From a virus, in the IMG/VR virus record IMGVR_UViG_3300010376_000020, positions 1-41,518 of that record: a stretch of DNA of 41,518 bases; one strand, written 5' to 3'. Positions 1-8,281 of the stretch are shown in pieces. The position numbers and the translations under genes are program-made. The notes under the pieces were generated by a model. The model was not told where the DNA came from and did not search any database. It worked only from the letters and a program-made list of their open reading frames with translations. Within the stretch, counting starts at the first letter, position 1, and the number at the start of each line of letters is the position of its first letter.

Positions 1-123
1 AGCGCGGCGTCACTGATCGTGTCACCCGCCGCCTGGACGCCCGGGTCCATCACCACGGCGGGCTGAACGGCCTGCGCCTTCACATCGGGCGCTTGGATAC
101 ACTCCTGCGCCCACCGGAAACGA
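1..123. repeat. Terminal direct repeat, copy 1 (identical to 41396..41518)
   Basis: Direct reading: the 123 nt from agcgcggcgtcactgatcgtg to ccaccggaaacga are present at both ends of the window. Confidence 0.95.
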
Positions 124-299
124 GTGTTATGCGCGGGCGTGCTCGGGGATTCCCCGGCGACGTAGGTCGCAAAGTGCAAGCAGGCGACCTTGATGCGGCC
201 CCGGAACGCGAAATCGTTCATGAGTTGGGCGGACGAATCATAATCGAGCGGCCCCGGATAGTTGCTCTTGGGCAAGCCGGGGTTGGGTGTGGGTGTCAT
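1..299 (-). CDS. Hypothetical protein, 5' part of a 112-aa ORF that wraps the contig junction (3' part at 41356..41395)
   Basis: ATG at 299..297 with a GGAGAA-like SD just upstream. The frame stays open to position 1. The same frame followed through the terminal repeat ends at TAG 41358..41356. I recognise no family; the gene follows the tail fibre gene. Confidence 0.55.
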   Translation of the reverse strand, partial: MTPTPNPGLPKSNYPGPLDYDSSAQLMNDFAFRGRIKVACLHFATYVAGESPSTPAHNTRFRWAQECIQAPDVKAQAVQPAVVMDPGVQAAGDTISDAA

Positions 300-314
300 G
301 GGTTCTCCTTTGAA

Positions 315-1871
315 TTAAGCCAAAGTTAAAGTCGCTTGTCGCCATACGCCGTCGGCTCCGCGCATACGGAACACGAGCGACGTGTTCGAGGTTGAGTAAG
401 CGTAGAACTGTCCGGTTGTCCCACCGAGTGAATCAAGTCCCGCGCTCGATGCCGCCTGAATAATAACGCCGCAGGTAGCGAGAGTGGAACAAATGAGCGG
501 CGTCACCGCTGCGCCTGCGTTCCACAGCGTGACGACGAGCCTTCCCGCATTTGCCGCGCTCTCCGTGTATGCGCTAATGGCCCCAAGGCGGTTGTTGCTT
601 CCGCCTATCGCCCAATTGCCGAAATCGTAGGCGCAAACGTAGCTGCTAACACCCGTCTGATTTCCGGCAACGCAGATTTCACCGGGCAGGCTTACCGACC
701 CCACTGTCAAGTGGATCGCACTCAGCCCCACAGAACGAATTGGGGTTCCATCATTGCCGATGCCCACGTGCCCGGCATTGTGAACGCGCATACGCTCGGT
801 GAACGCTGGAGCGGTCGGCGGCGTCACGATGGCGCTGGTAAAGAACGCGATTGCGCCGCTGCCGTCCGGCACACCTATCTGCACCGGGTATTCTTGCGTT
901 GAACTATAGTGCGATTGAAGCTGTAAGATGCCGTTTCCGTTGGATTGAAAGAGAATTGATGGCGTTTCGGCGTAGGTTTTTGCGAGGGCGAAGGATGCCG
1001 CATTGCTCACGCCGAAGCCCGCCGCCGCGATGTTCTGTAGCCAAGGCGTCTGCGTTGCCGCGATAACCGCCGCCGGCGGCGCGCCGGTCAGCTTCGATGC
1101 GGCGAGTGAGCTTATCCACGCGGGATTCGCGTAGGTTTGTGTCGCATCCACGGCATTCGTGACCTGCGCCGCCGTATAGTCGCCCGCCGCCGCGACCACC
1201 GCGCCCGCGCGCGTGAAAACGCTCGAAACGCCCGTCGCCGGAGCGCCCGTAATCTTAGACCACGCGAGCGAAGTAATCCACGCCGGATTCGCATAGGAGC
1301 CGCTCGTGACCACGCCGCCCGCCGCCGTTATGAGCGCCGAAGTAAGCGCGAGCGAGAGTGTCACGTCCGCCGAGAGCGCGCCGCCGCCTGTTAAGCCTGA
1401 GCCAGCCAGCACTTGCCGCGTGGTCGGCACAAGCCCTGTAATGCTCACCACGCCCGTCGCGCGGTTAATCGAGAGCGGCGAATCGATCAAAGTACCCGCG
1501 TCGTTGTAGCGCGAGACGAGGAAATTCGATCCGGCGTTCGAGCCGGTTTCCGCGCTGCCGTCTTGCTGAACCACCCACCGATTGAGCGCGGGCGTGGCCG
1601 AATTCATCAGGTGAATTTCCGCCGATGTGTTACCCGGAGTCGGCGCGATGTGTACCGGCGAGGCCAAGCCGCCCGCCGCTGTGAGGTCAAGCACGACGTT
1701 TGAGAGCGTGTAGCCGCCGCCACTCACAGGGCCGCCCCACACCCGCAAATCGTTCGCGAGATTGTTCATGTCTGTCGCTTGCAGCTTGTCGGTCGGCGCG
1801 AAGTTATTGCGCGAGAGCCATCCCGTACTCGTGGGCGTGACTCCAAAATGCGTGACGTGCGGCGGCAACAT
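315..1871 (-). CDS. Tail fibre protein (putative)
   Basis: 518-aa ORF with ATG at 1871 and GGAGG 5 nt upstream. It is the last large gene of the tail module and is rich in G/A/S/T. A 19-aa motif YANPAWI(T/S)SLA(W/A)SK(I/L)TGAP is duplicated (nt 1239..1295 and 1077..1133). The call rests on position and composition. Confidence 0.6.
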   Translation of the reverse strand: MLPPHVTHFGVTPTSTGWLSRNNFAPTDKLQATDMNNLANDLRVWGGPVSGGGYTLSNVVLDLTAAGGLASPVHIAPTPGNTSAEIHLMNSATPALNRWVVQQDGSAETGSNAGSNFLVSRYNDAGTLIDSPLSINRATGVVSITGLVPTTRQVLAGSGLTGGGALSADVTLSLALTSALITAAGGVVTSGSYANPAWITSLAWSKITGAPATGVSSVFTRAGAVVAAAGDYTAAQVTNAVDATQTYANPAWISSLAASKLTGAPPAAVIAATQTPWLQNIAAAGFGVSNAASFALAKTYAETPSILFQSNGNGILQLQSHYSSTQEYPVQIGVPDGSGAIAFFTSAIVTPPTAPAFTERMRVHNAGHVGIGNDGTPIRSVGLSAIHLTVGSVSLPGEICVAGNQTGVSSYVCAYDFGNWAIGGSNNRLGAISAYTESAANAGRLVVTLWNAGAAVTPLICSTLATCGVIIQAASSAGLDSLGGTTGQFYAYSTSNTSLVFRMRGADGVWRQATLTLA

Positions 1872-1898
1872 GATCCCCTCCTCTGTCGATAAAGACTT

Positions 1899-2225
1899 TT
1901 ACGCCGCTTTAAGATCCGGCTGCAATGCGCCATTGACCTTCATGGGCGGCGGCTCGGGCGCGAGCTCCATCTTCGACTCTTCCGGCGCGTTATAGATGAG
2001 CGCGGTGCCTTGGAGACGCGCATTCTCGTAGCGGTCCACAGCGCGAGCCATGAGCGCGGCCCGCACGAAGGCATTTTGCTTCTCGACGACGTTCTCGACC
2101 ATCTTTCGCGCCCGCTCGATATCCATCGACAAAGCGCCGTACATAGCGAGAGCTTGTGTACGCTCCTGATCTAACTGCTGCGCCTGCATGATCTCTCGCT
2201 GCTCCAATTGGAATACTTTTTCCAT
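1899..2225 (-). CDS. Hypothetical coiled-coil protein between tail-tip protein and tail fibre
   Basis: 108-aa ORF in the 13-nt-spaced gene chain. It is rich in Q/E/A/R and looks helical. No motif recognised. Confidence 0.5.
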   Translation of the reverse strand: MEKVFQLEQREIMQAQQLDQERTQALAMYGALSMDIERARKMVENVVEKQNAFVRAALMARAVDRYENARLQGTALIYNAPEESKMELAPEPPPMKVNGALQPDLKAA

Positions 2226-2237
2226 GCCTTTTCTCCC

Positions 2238-5200
2238 TTAAACGATTTGAGTAATAATTCCGTTGGTGAAAGTGACGGTTCGCTGCACGTTGTTCTGATC
2301 GTTGATGTGAAACACTCCGCTTTGACCCGGTGAAGAACCGACGCTATAGCTCGCGGCAGTACAAATGTTGAAATTGGTATTGCGCTGAAAATCGATCACC
2401 TGCGTGCCGTTCAATTGATAGCTTCCGTTTGCACCCACGTTGAATCCTTGCGTGGATGTGACAAAGGTAAACGTGGGACTCGTCGGCAGTGGCATCGCCT
2501 TACCCATCCAACTTCCATCGGCGCCGATCACTTCGCCATAGCCGAGCACCCAAAACGATTTGCCTGAAATGCTCCCGTTTTGATCCGCGATGAAGAGCGC
2601 GTTGCCATTCACGTCCGCCGTGGTGATCGCGCCGTTTCCGCTCGATGCGCTGCCCGAGTTGATATAGACCGTGCGGTTGTAAGGCGAGTTGGAGCTGTAC
2701 ATCGCAAGCTCGCCCCAAAATACGCCGGGCGTATCGCTGCCAGAGCTTTGCCCGTTGAAGGTGACAAGCGAGACGAGCACCGGGTAGCTTTGAGATTGGG
2801 TGCCGCGCAGCACCAAGCCCCGGCTGATGAAGGTCGCGCCGAATAGATTCGAGGCGTTATCGACCTCGCGAATCACAAAGCCGGGGAACTGCCATGACGC
2901 GCTTGCCATACCCGCCGTCGTCCAGACCGAATTGCCGAATGTGACGCTGTAGTGCTGATTGGAAACTGTGCTTGAAACCGCCGGGTAGTCGATGTTGAAC
3001 AGATAGACGTTGCGAATCTGTACCTGACTTCCGAGCGGGTTTGATCCATCCGGCGTGATTGAAAAACACCAATTGGAGATGTTCGAGCCGCCCGCCGCGA
3101 ACTGCGTGAACCATGCGCCCTCGGTGATCCCCGGCGGCGAGCCGCCGAGGTTATCGCCTGGTTGTCCGCTCGCGACGTTGAGCTTCGCGCCGATGCGCCC
3201 TTTTTCAAGGCCCGTCGCATCGCGAATCGAGATGTAGGGGTACGTACTCCCGGCGTGATTCGCCGGTTGCCCGGTCGAGGGATCGGTCGTATAAGAATCG
3301 ATGCCGCCTATCATCACGATTCCGGCGTTGTTGATCCAAACCGGCGCATGCAGCGGTGAATCCGCGCCCACATAAAGCTGCGCGAACCATGCGCCGTAAA
3401 TCCCTGAGACGCCGCCTTGCCCCGCTTCGCCGGTCTGCGGCGTTGACACGCCCATCCATGCCACGAGCGCTCCACCCGCTTTCTTGACGGCGATTTGCCC
3501 GTTCAGGCCGCCGGTCTGCCCCGCGAAGCTCGTGGGAGCGCCGCCCACGATCAACTGATCGCCGACATAGATTTTCTGCGCGGCGAATTGCTGCGCTTGA
3601 AACGAGCCGCTCGTCGGCCAACTAAACTCCGAGCTAAACCATCCCGACCGCGCTGGGATCACGGCGCCCGCGCTCGGCACATAGGTGTAGTTGATGACCG
3701 GCGTGGTGCCGGGGATAAGCTGGTTGCGCTGCCCTTGCGGGTTGTCGCTCAAGATGTAGAACGCGACTGGCACGTTCGCGCCGATGTTGCCGAACGAGGG
3801 CATGGCGGGTGTGGTGAAGCTCGTCGCGCCCTTGGGCACTTTCCAATACACGGCGTTGTTGACTTGGCCGTTGATGACCATGGCAACCTCGGCCTGTCCG
3901 AAATTGTTGCTGGTCGGGTTTGTCCACGAGCCGACGGCGAAAGAAACCATTCCCACGCCATCTCCCGAAACGCTCGTAGTCGGCGTCACCGAGGTTGTGC
4001 CGAGCGTGACCAATGGGGCGTAATCCGTACCTGCGCCGCCTGGCCCGGGAGGTCCAAGGGTCCACGTCACCGTGGGCGAATGCAGCCCCGCGCCGTATTT
4101 GCTTGGGTCATCCGAAAGAACGCCGTTCACGTCTACGCTGATCGCGGCTACGGTCCAGGTTTGCGCCGGATTAGGGATGGTGGGAATTTGCAGCAGAAAG
4201 TGGGTATCGACATTCGATTGCTGCGAGGTCAACCGCACCGGAGGATTGGCGGCTATGCCGCCCACGGCGACTTTGTAGAGCACTACGCCCGCATAGCGCG
4301 CGCTGGTTGGTATATTCCATGCGAACGTTGATTGCGCAACAAATGAGCCGTCGAGTTGCCAGATATCCGTTGCTGTCGAGGATGCGGCGCCGTCTACCGT
4401 GAAGCTGGTCACATCCGGCGCCGGCGTGAACGTCGGCGTCCAGTAGTAATTCAAATTGGGCGTGATGGCCGGGTTCCAGGCGTTGAGCTGCCCCTGCTGG
4501 TTCTTGCTCACGAAGTAGAACGTGAGCGCCGTTTGCGGGCCCTGGAAATTGCCGATGATGGGCATCGGCGGCGTGGTGAAAGAGGTCGCGTTCTTGTCCG
4601 GCACGTCGTACCAGATCAGATGCGTCGCGTCGGGATCACTGTTGAATTGCAGCGCAATCTTGATCCCTCCCCAATTGTTGTTGGCCGGATTGGTGAGGTC
4701 GGGATTGACCCAGTTCGCCAGTTTGAAGGCGATCATCTGCGAGCCGTCGGCTGAGGTCGAGTTGATGGGCGTTACCGCGCAAGTGCCGAGCGTGATGTTG
4801 GGCGCATCGCCGCCTTGATTATTCGTCGTGGCCGGCCCGATGTTCCACACCTGCGTTGGTGAATGCGTGGGGCCATGCGGATCGTCATTCAACTGCCCGT
4901 TGTAGCCGACCGCGATCGCGGCGACGGTCCAGGCCTGCGGCACGTTCGGCCAGTTATTGACCGAGAGCGTACAGGCCGAGACGCTATCGCTTTGCTGCGG
5001 CCCGATCTGCATGGGCGGATTCAGGAAGGAACTGCCGATTTTGAAGACATAGAAGCGCACGCCCGCGAAACGCGCCGAATCCGGCGGGGTCCAGCTCGCA
5101 TCGATTTGCGCGAGATCCGTGCCGTCGCCTAAAACCGTGTGCCGCGGATTGGCCAATACGAAGTTGGCGATGTCTGGTGTTGAAATCTGGCTCGGCGGCG

Positions 5201-8200
5201 GGTAGATGACCTCGACCTGCACCATCGGCGTCACGCCGGTGACGATGGTATTGGTTTTCCCGTTGACATCCTGGGAGCGGAAATAGACGTTGAAGGTACC
5301 GCCGCCGCCGACTGCATAGCCGCCGGTCAGATACTCGGCAAACGCGCGGCCTGTTACGGCGTCGATATCGCCCGAGGGCGCATTGGGGATGAAAGGCCCA
5401 TCCACTCGTGAGGCGACAGTACCATCGGGGTTCAGATATTCGTAGGTGATTTGCACGCCCGCGAAATCGCTCAGGCCCGCAGGCAGCGGGATGGTGGGAT
5501 CGGGCGGCAGATAGCTCTCGAGCAGCGTGTAGCATGGCGGCGGCGCTCCTCCGGTGTCCGGGGATACCTGATCAAAGTAATCGGTCACGTCAACCGTGCA
5601 CTGGCTCACGAGCCAAGTAAACTCAACTCCGCTTTGATAAGCGCCCGGCTCGACGGGGATAGATACTTGAATGCTCGGCGTGGCGCCGGGAGCATTGGCG
5701 CGCACCAGATTCGGCGCGGTGTTGGGACCGTAAGCCGCGAAGTAAATGCGGATATTGCGCTGAATGTTCTTCGCGTCGACCAGGACCGCAACGGGCGAGG
5801 AGTCGTCGGTCGAATCGGTAACATGTATCGGCACCCAATCGCCACCCAGGTTCGACGTGCCGTCGAGCGCACTGGTCCCATCGAGTGGAATGGTCGATTC
5901 GCTCGATACATCGGGATCTTCGAGATAGACCGCCGCGCCGAGATAGTTGGTGGAATTAGCCGAGGCATTGCGCCTATAGGTAACATCGACCTCCCACTTG
6001 CCGTCCTGCCGCATCAAGGTCTTCTCGGAAACGATGGACACGGGCGGCGCTCCGGGGATATTTCCGCCGCCCCCGCCGCCGCCTCCTCCGGCCGAGGTTC
6101 CGGCGACGACCGCAAGCCCTCCGCCGGGCTTCTGGCGGCGCGGATTGATGGTAGCCAAGCGCTGCCAGAGCATTTGCCAGGTCGCCTTGCGCGGAATGAT
6201 CGTCGGCGAATTGGCGCGCATGTCCGGCGAAGCGGCGCGCCCATTGAGGCTCATGGCAATCGCCTGCACCTGACAGCGCCAGCCCGGCATACCCGGAATC
6301 CAGGAGCCATCGATCTGCGACGTCAGCCAGGTGCCGTTGAGCGTCGAATCGAAGGGCGGTGCCAGATTCACCTTGAGCGCCTGGCCGGGCTGCCAGCCGG
6401 CCGAATCGGTGTAAAACGTGAGTGTCTGCGTCAGCAGGCCGTAACTCGCGAGCAGAGAATTGGCCCGGGCGATGGCGGCTGCGGGATCGTTCGCCACGGG
6501 ATCAATGCTATATGCCTCTTCGATCAGCGCCTGATAAATGCCGCTCCCGCCTTCAACGGCCGCTCTCGCCTGCGCGAGCGAGGTATTCTCGACGCCGATG
6601 ATATCCACGCCCAGGCGGTAGTAAGTGACGGCCGCGATCACGTTGTTCGGCAGCGCCGGCGTGCAGCTGATCGTATCGCTGCCTTCGGTCCAAATCCAGG
6701 TTCCAGTGCCCGAGCCCCCGCTCTGGAGCGTAGCGGTTTGGCTTGGGCCGGGGATACCGCCGGTAAGATTGCCGTTGTCCCAACTGAAGGCGGTGGAAGC
6801 TGCGGAAATCGCGATGTTGTTGCCATCCGCGCCTGGCGCCTTGGCGAAGACCGTTAAACCGCCGGCGCCGGAATAGGAAGCCACGCAAGTCGGATGAGGC
6901 AGTGTGGGCAGCGAGAAATCGTTTCCCGCGGCTACGTGCGGCGCTCCCGCGATGGCTTCGACTAGATTATTGGCGCAGGCATCCGCGGTACCTCCGATGA
7001 GTACCTGGTTGGAGCTGGTGTTGTCGAGCGTGGCGACGAAGATATAAACGATGCCATCGATCGTGACGGTATCGTTGGCCGCCGGCAAGCCGCTGAACAT
7101 GCCATTGACTGCGGCGCGCGTCGGCCCGTCATTGCCGTTTGAAAGCGTATCCGTGGGCCAGCTAAATTCGTCGGGCTGGCAGGTGGTGGTGGTCGGAATC
7201 GTGTTGCCGCTGGTGCCGCTGATGATCGCCGTGACCGTAATAGTGTTGTTGTTCGACGTGGCGATACATTGCGGATTGGGAACGGTACCGTTTGAAAAAT
7301 CCGTTCCCATGTTCGGGCCGCCGTTGATCGCCTCCGCCAGATTGCTCATGGTCCCGGCCGAATCGGACCCGATCAGCACTTCGTTCGGACTGAGATTATC
7401 GATCGCAGTCTTGACCGTGTAAGTGACGCTTCCCACCGTGATGGTGTCGCCGTCATTGAAGGCCAAGCTGCCGGCAGTGCCCATATTGGAAGCCGGCCCG
7501 CCCAAAATGGTTACCGCGGTGACCGTATCCACCCGGTTGCCAAGCGTGAAGCTGGTGGTGGTCCCGTCGCCCGTCATCAGGTCCGTATCCGTCGGCATGG
7601 CCTGCATATTGACGGTGATGTATTGCCGGGAGCGGAAATCCTGCTGCGCCGTGTCCCATTCAAGGGTGTCCCAGAGCACACCGGCGCCGGTCAACGGATC
7701 GCCGGTTAAATCAAAAGGCGCATTGACGCTCGTGGGTGCGCGGAAATAGAGCTTTTCCGTCGCCGGATCCACGCCCCAAACGAAGTTCGCGTCCGTCGCC
7801 AAATTGTTGAAGACATCGGTCACGACCTCATGGCGATATACTGCGCTCGGAACTACCGGCCCGGCATCGACCTGGCCCAGTATAATCGTCTCCCCAGGCA
7901 ATGAGTTGAAGATAGCGGTAAAGATTGCGCCCGCAGTCTGATTGAAATAGGACTGCGGTTCAATGCGGTGTTTGTCCAGCAGGCGCTCGAAGCTCGCGCA
8001 GGTGCAAACATAAAGCGTTTCCTGCGTATTGCCTTCGTTGGTCTTTACGATTTCGGTAATGAGCCCGCCAAAAACGCGCTGGCCGGCCTGGTCGTAGAGG
8101 CCAATGGGATTGCCCACCAGCGGCGCATAGGTATCGCCGGCATGGACGCGGAGGGAAACGCTGGCCGTGCCGCGCTGGCCGCTGGCCACGGTGTATTTGG

Positions 8201-8279
8201 TCTGGCCGCCCTTGCCGCTATCCACGTTGTCGAGATAGCCGGCGCGGTTCACGCCTGCGATGACAACTCCTATAGCCAT
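2238..8279 (-). CDS. Giant tail-tip / host-specificity protein (2013 aa, apparent fusion of distal-tail, hub and receptor-binding modules)
   Basis: A single uninterrupted 6042-nt ORF starts 2 nt after the tape-measure stop (TAA-TC-ATG). It contains internal tandem duplications (about 100-aa and about 250-aa modules), a Gly9 tract (6063..6089) and long beta-rich, T/S/G/N/P-rich segments typical of tail-tip and fibre proteins. Confidence 0.65.
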   Translation of the reverse strand: MAIGVVIAGVNRAGYLDNVDSGKGGQTKYTVASGQRGTASVSLRVHAGDTYAPLVGNPIGLYDQAGQRVFGGLITEIVKTNEGNTQETLYVCTCASFERLLDKHRIEPQSYFNQTAGAIFTAIFNSLPGETIILGQVDAGPVVPSAVYRHEVVTDVFNNLATDANFVWGVDPATEKLYFRAPTSVNAPFDLTGDPLTGAGVLWDTLEWDTAQQDFRSRQYITVNMQAMPTDTDLMTGDGTTTSFTLGNRVDTVTAVTILGGPASNMGTAGSLAFNDGDTITVGSVTYTVKTAIDNLSPNEVLIGSDSAGTMSNLAEAINGGPNMGTDFSNGTVPNPQCIATSNNNTITVTAIISGTSGNTIPTTTTCQPDEFSWPTDTLSNGNDGPTRAAVNGMFSGLPAANDTVTIDGIVYIFVATLDNTSSNQVLIGGTADACANNLVEAIAGAPHVAAGNDFSLPTLPHPTCVASYSGAGGLTVFAKAPGADGNNIAISAASTAFSWDNGNLTGGIPGPSQTATLQSGGSGTGTWIWTEGSDTISCTPALPNNVIAAVTYYRLGVDIIGVENTSLAQARAAVEGGSGIYQALIEEAYSIDPVANDPAAAIARANSLLASYGLLTQTLTFYTDSAGWQPGQALKVNLAPPFDSTLNGTWLTSQIDGSWIPGMPGWRCQVQAIAMSLNGRAASPDMRANSPTIIPRKATWQMLWQRLATINPRRQKPGGGLAVVAGTSAGGGGGGGGGNIPGAPPVSIVSEKTLMRQDGKWEVDVTYRRNASANSTNYLGAAVYLEDPDVSSESTIPLDGTSALDGTSNLGGDWVPIHVTDSTDDSSPVAVLVDAKNIQRNIRIYFAAYGPNTAPNLVRANAPGATPSIQVSIPVEPGAYQSGVEFTWLVSQCTVDVTDYFDQVSPDTGGAPPPCYTLLESYLPPDPTIPLPAGLSDFAGVQITYEYLNPDGTVASRVDGPFIPNAPSGDIDAVTGRAFAEYLTGGYAVGGGGTFNVYFRSQDVNGKTNTIVTGVTPMVQVEVIYPPPSQISTPDIANFVLANPRHTVLGDGTDLAQIDASWTPPDSARFAGVRFYVFKIGSSFLNPPMQIGPQQSDSVSACTLSVNNWPNVPQAWTVAAIAVGYNGQLNDDPHGPTHSPTQVWNIGPATTNNQGGDAPNITLGTCAVTPINSTSADGSQMIAFKLANWVNPDLTNPANNNWGGIKIALQFNSDPDATHLIWYDVPDKNATSFTTPPMPIIGNFQGPQTALTFYFVSKNQQGQLNAWNPAITPNLNYYWTPTFTPAPDVTSFTVDGAASSTATDIWQLDGSFVAQSTFAWNIPTSARYAGVVLYKVAVGGIAANPPVRLTSQQSNVDTHFLLQIPTIPNPAQTWTVAAISVDVNGVLSDDPSKYGAGLHSPTVTWTLGPPGPGGAGTDYAPLVTLGTTSVTPTTSVSGDGVGMVSFAVGSWTNPTSNNFGQAEVAMVINGQVNNAVYWKVPKGATSFTTPAMPSFGNIGANVPVAFYILSDNPQGQRNQLIPGTTPVINYTYVPSAGAVIPARSGWFSSEFSWPTSGSFQAQQFAAQKIYVGDQLIVGGAPTSFAGQTGGLNGQIAVKKAGGALVAWMGVSTPQTGEAGQGGVSGIYGAWFAQLYVGADSPLHAPVWINNAGIVMIGGIDSYTTDPSTGQPANHAGSTYPYISIRDATGLEKGRIGAKLNVASGQPGDNLGGSPPGITEGAWFTQFAAGGSNISNWCFSITPDGSNPLGSQVQIRNVYLFNIDYPAVSSTVSNQHYSVTFGNSVWTTAGMASASWQFPGFVIREVDNASNLFGATFISRGLVLRGTQSQSYPVLVSLVTFNGQSSGSDTPGVFWGELAMYSSNSPYNRTVYINSGSASSGNGAITTADVNGNALFIADQNGSISGKSFWVLGYGEVIGADGSWMGKAMPLPTSPTFTFVTSTQGFNVGANGSYQLNGTQVIDFQRNTNFNICTAASYSVGSSPGQSGVFHINDQNNVQRTVTFTNGIITQIV

Positions 8280-8281
8280 GA

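Noticed and set aside
1-123. Terminal repeat as a true physical DTR or cos-type end.
   Set aside because: The repeat lies within an ORF that is continuous across the junction, which fits an assembly overlap of a circular or permuted genome better. Read data are needed to be sure.
5451-6857. 468-aa plus-strand ORF. There are many similar long plus-strand ORFs, for example 3495..4331, 8351..9169, 10745..11467, 21797..22891 and 27840..28799.
   Set aside because: These are Arg/Gly/Ala/Pro-rich translations lying antisense to much longer, coherent minus-strand genes in GC-rich DNA. They have no SD or coupling signals and are typical shadow ORFs.
315-8279. Diversity-generating retroelement acting on the tail fibre or tail-tip genes.
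   Set aside because: No reverse transcriptase-like ORF (no YxDD-type motif) occurs anywhere in the closed genome, and I could find no template/variable repeat pair. The internal duplications are protein-module duplications.
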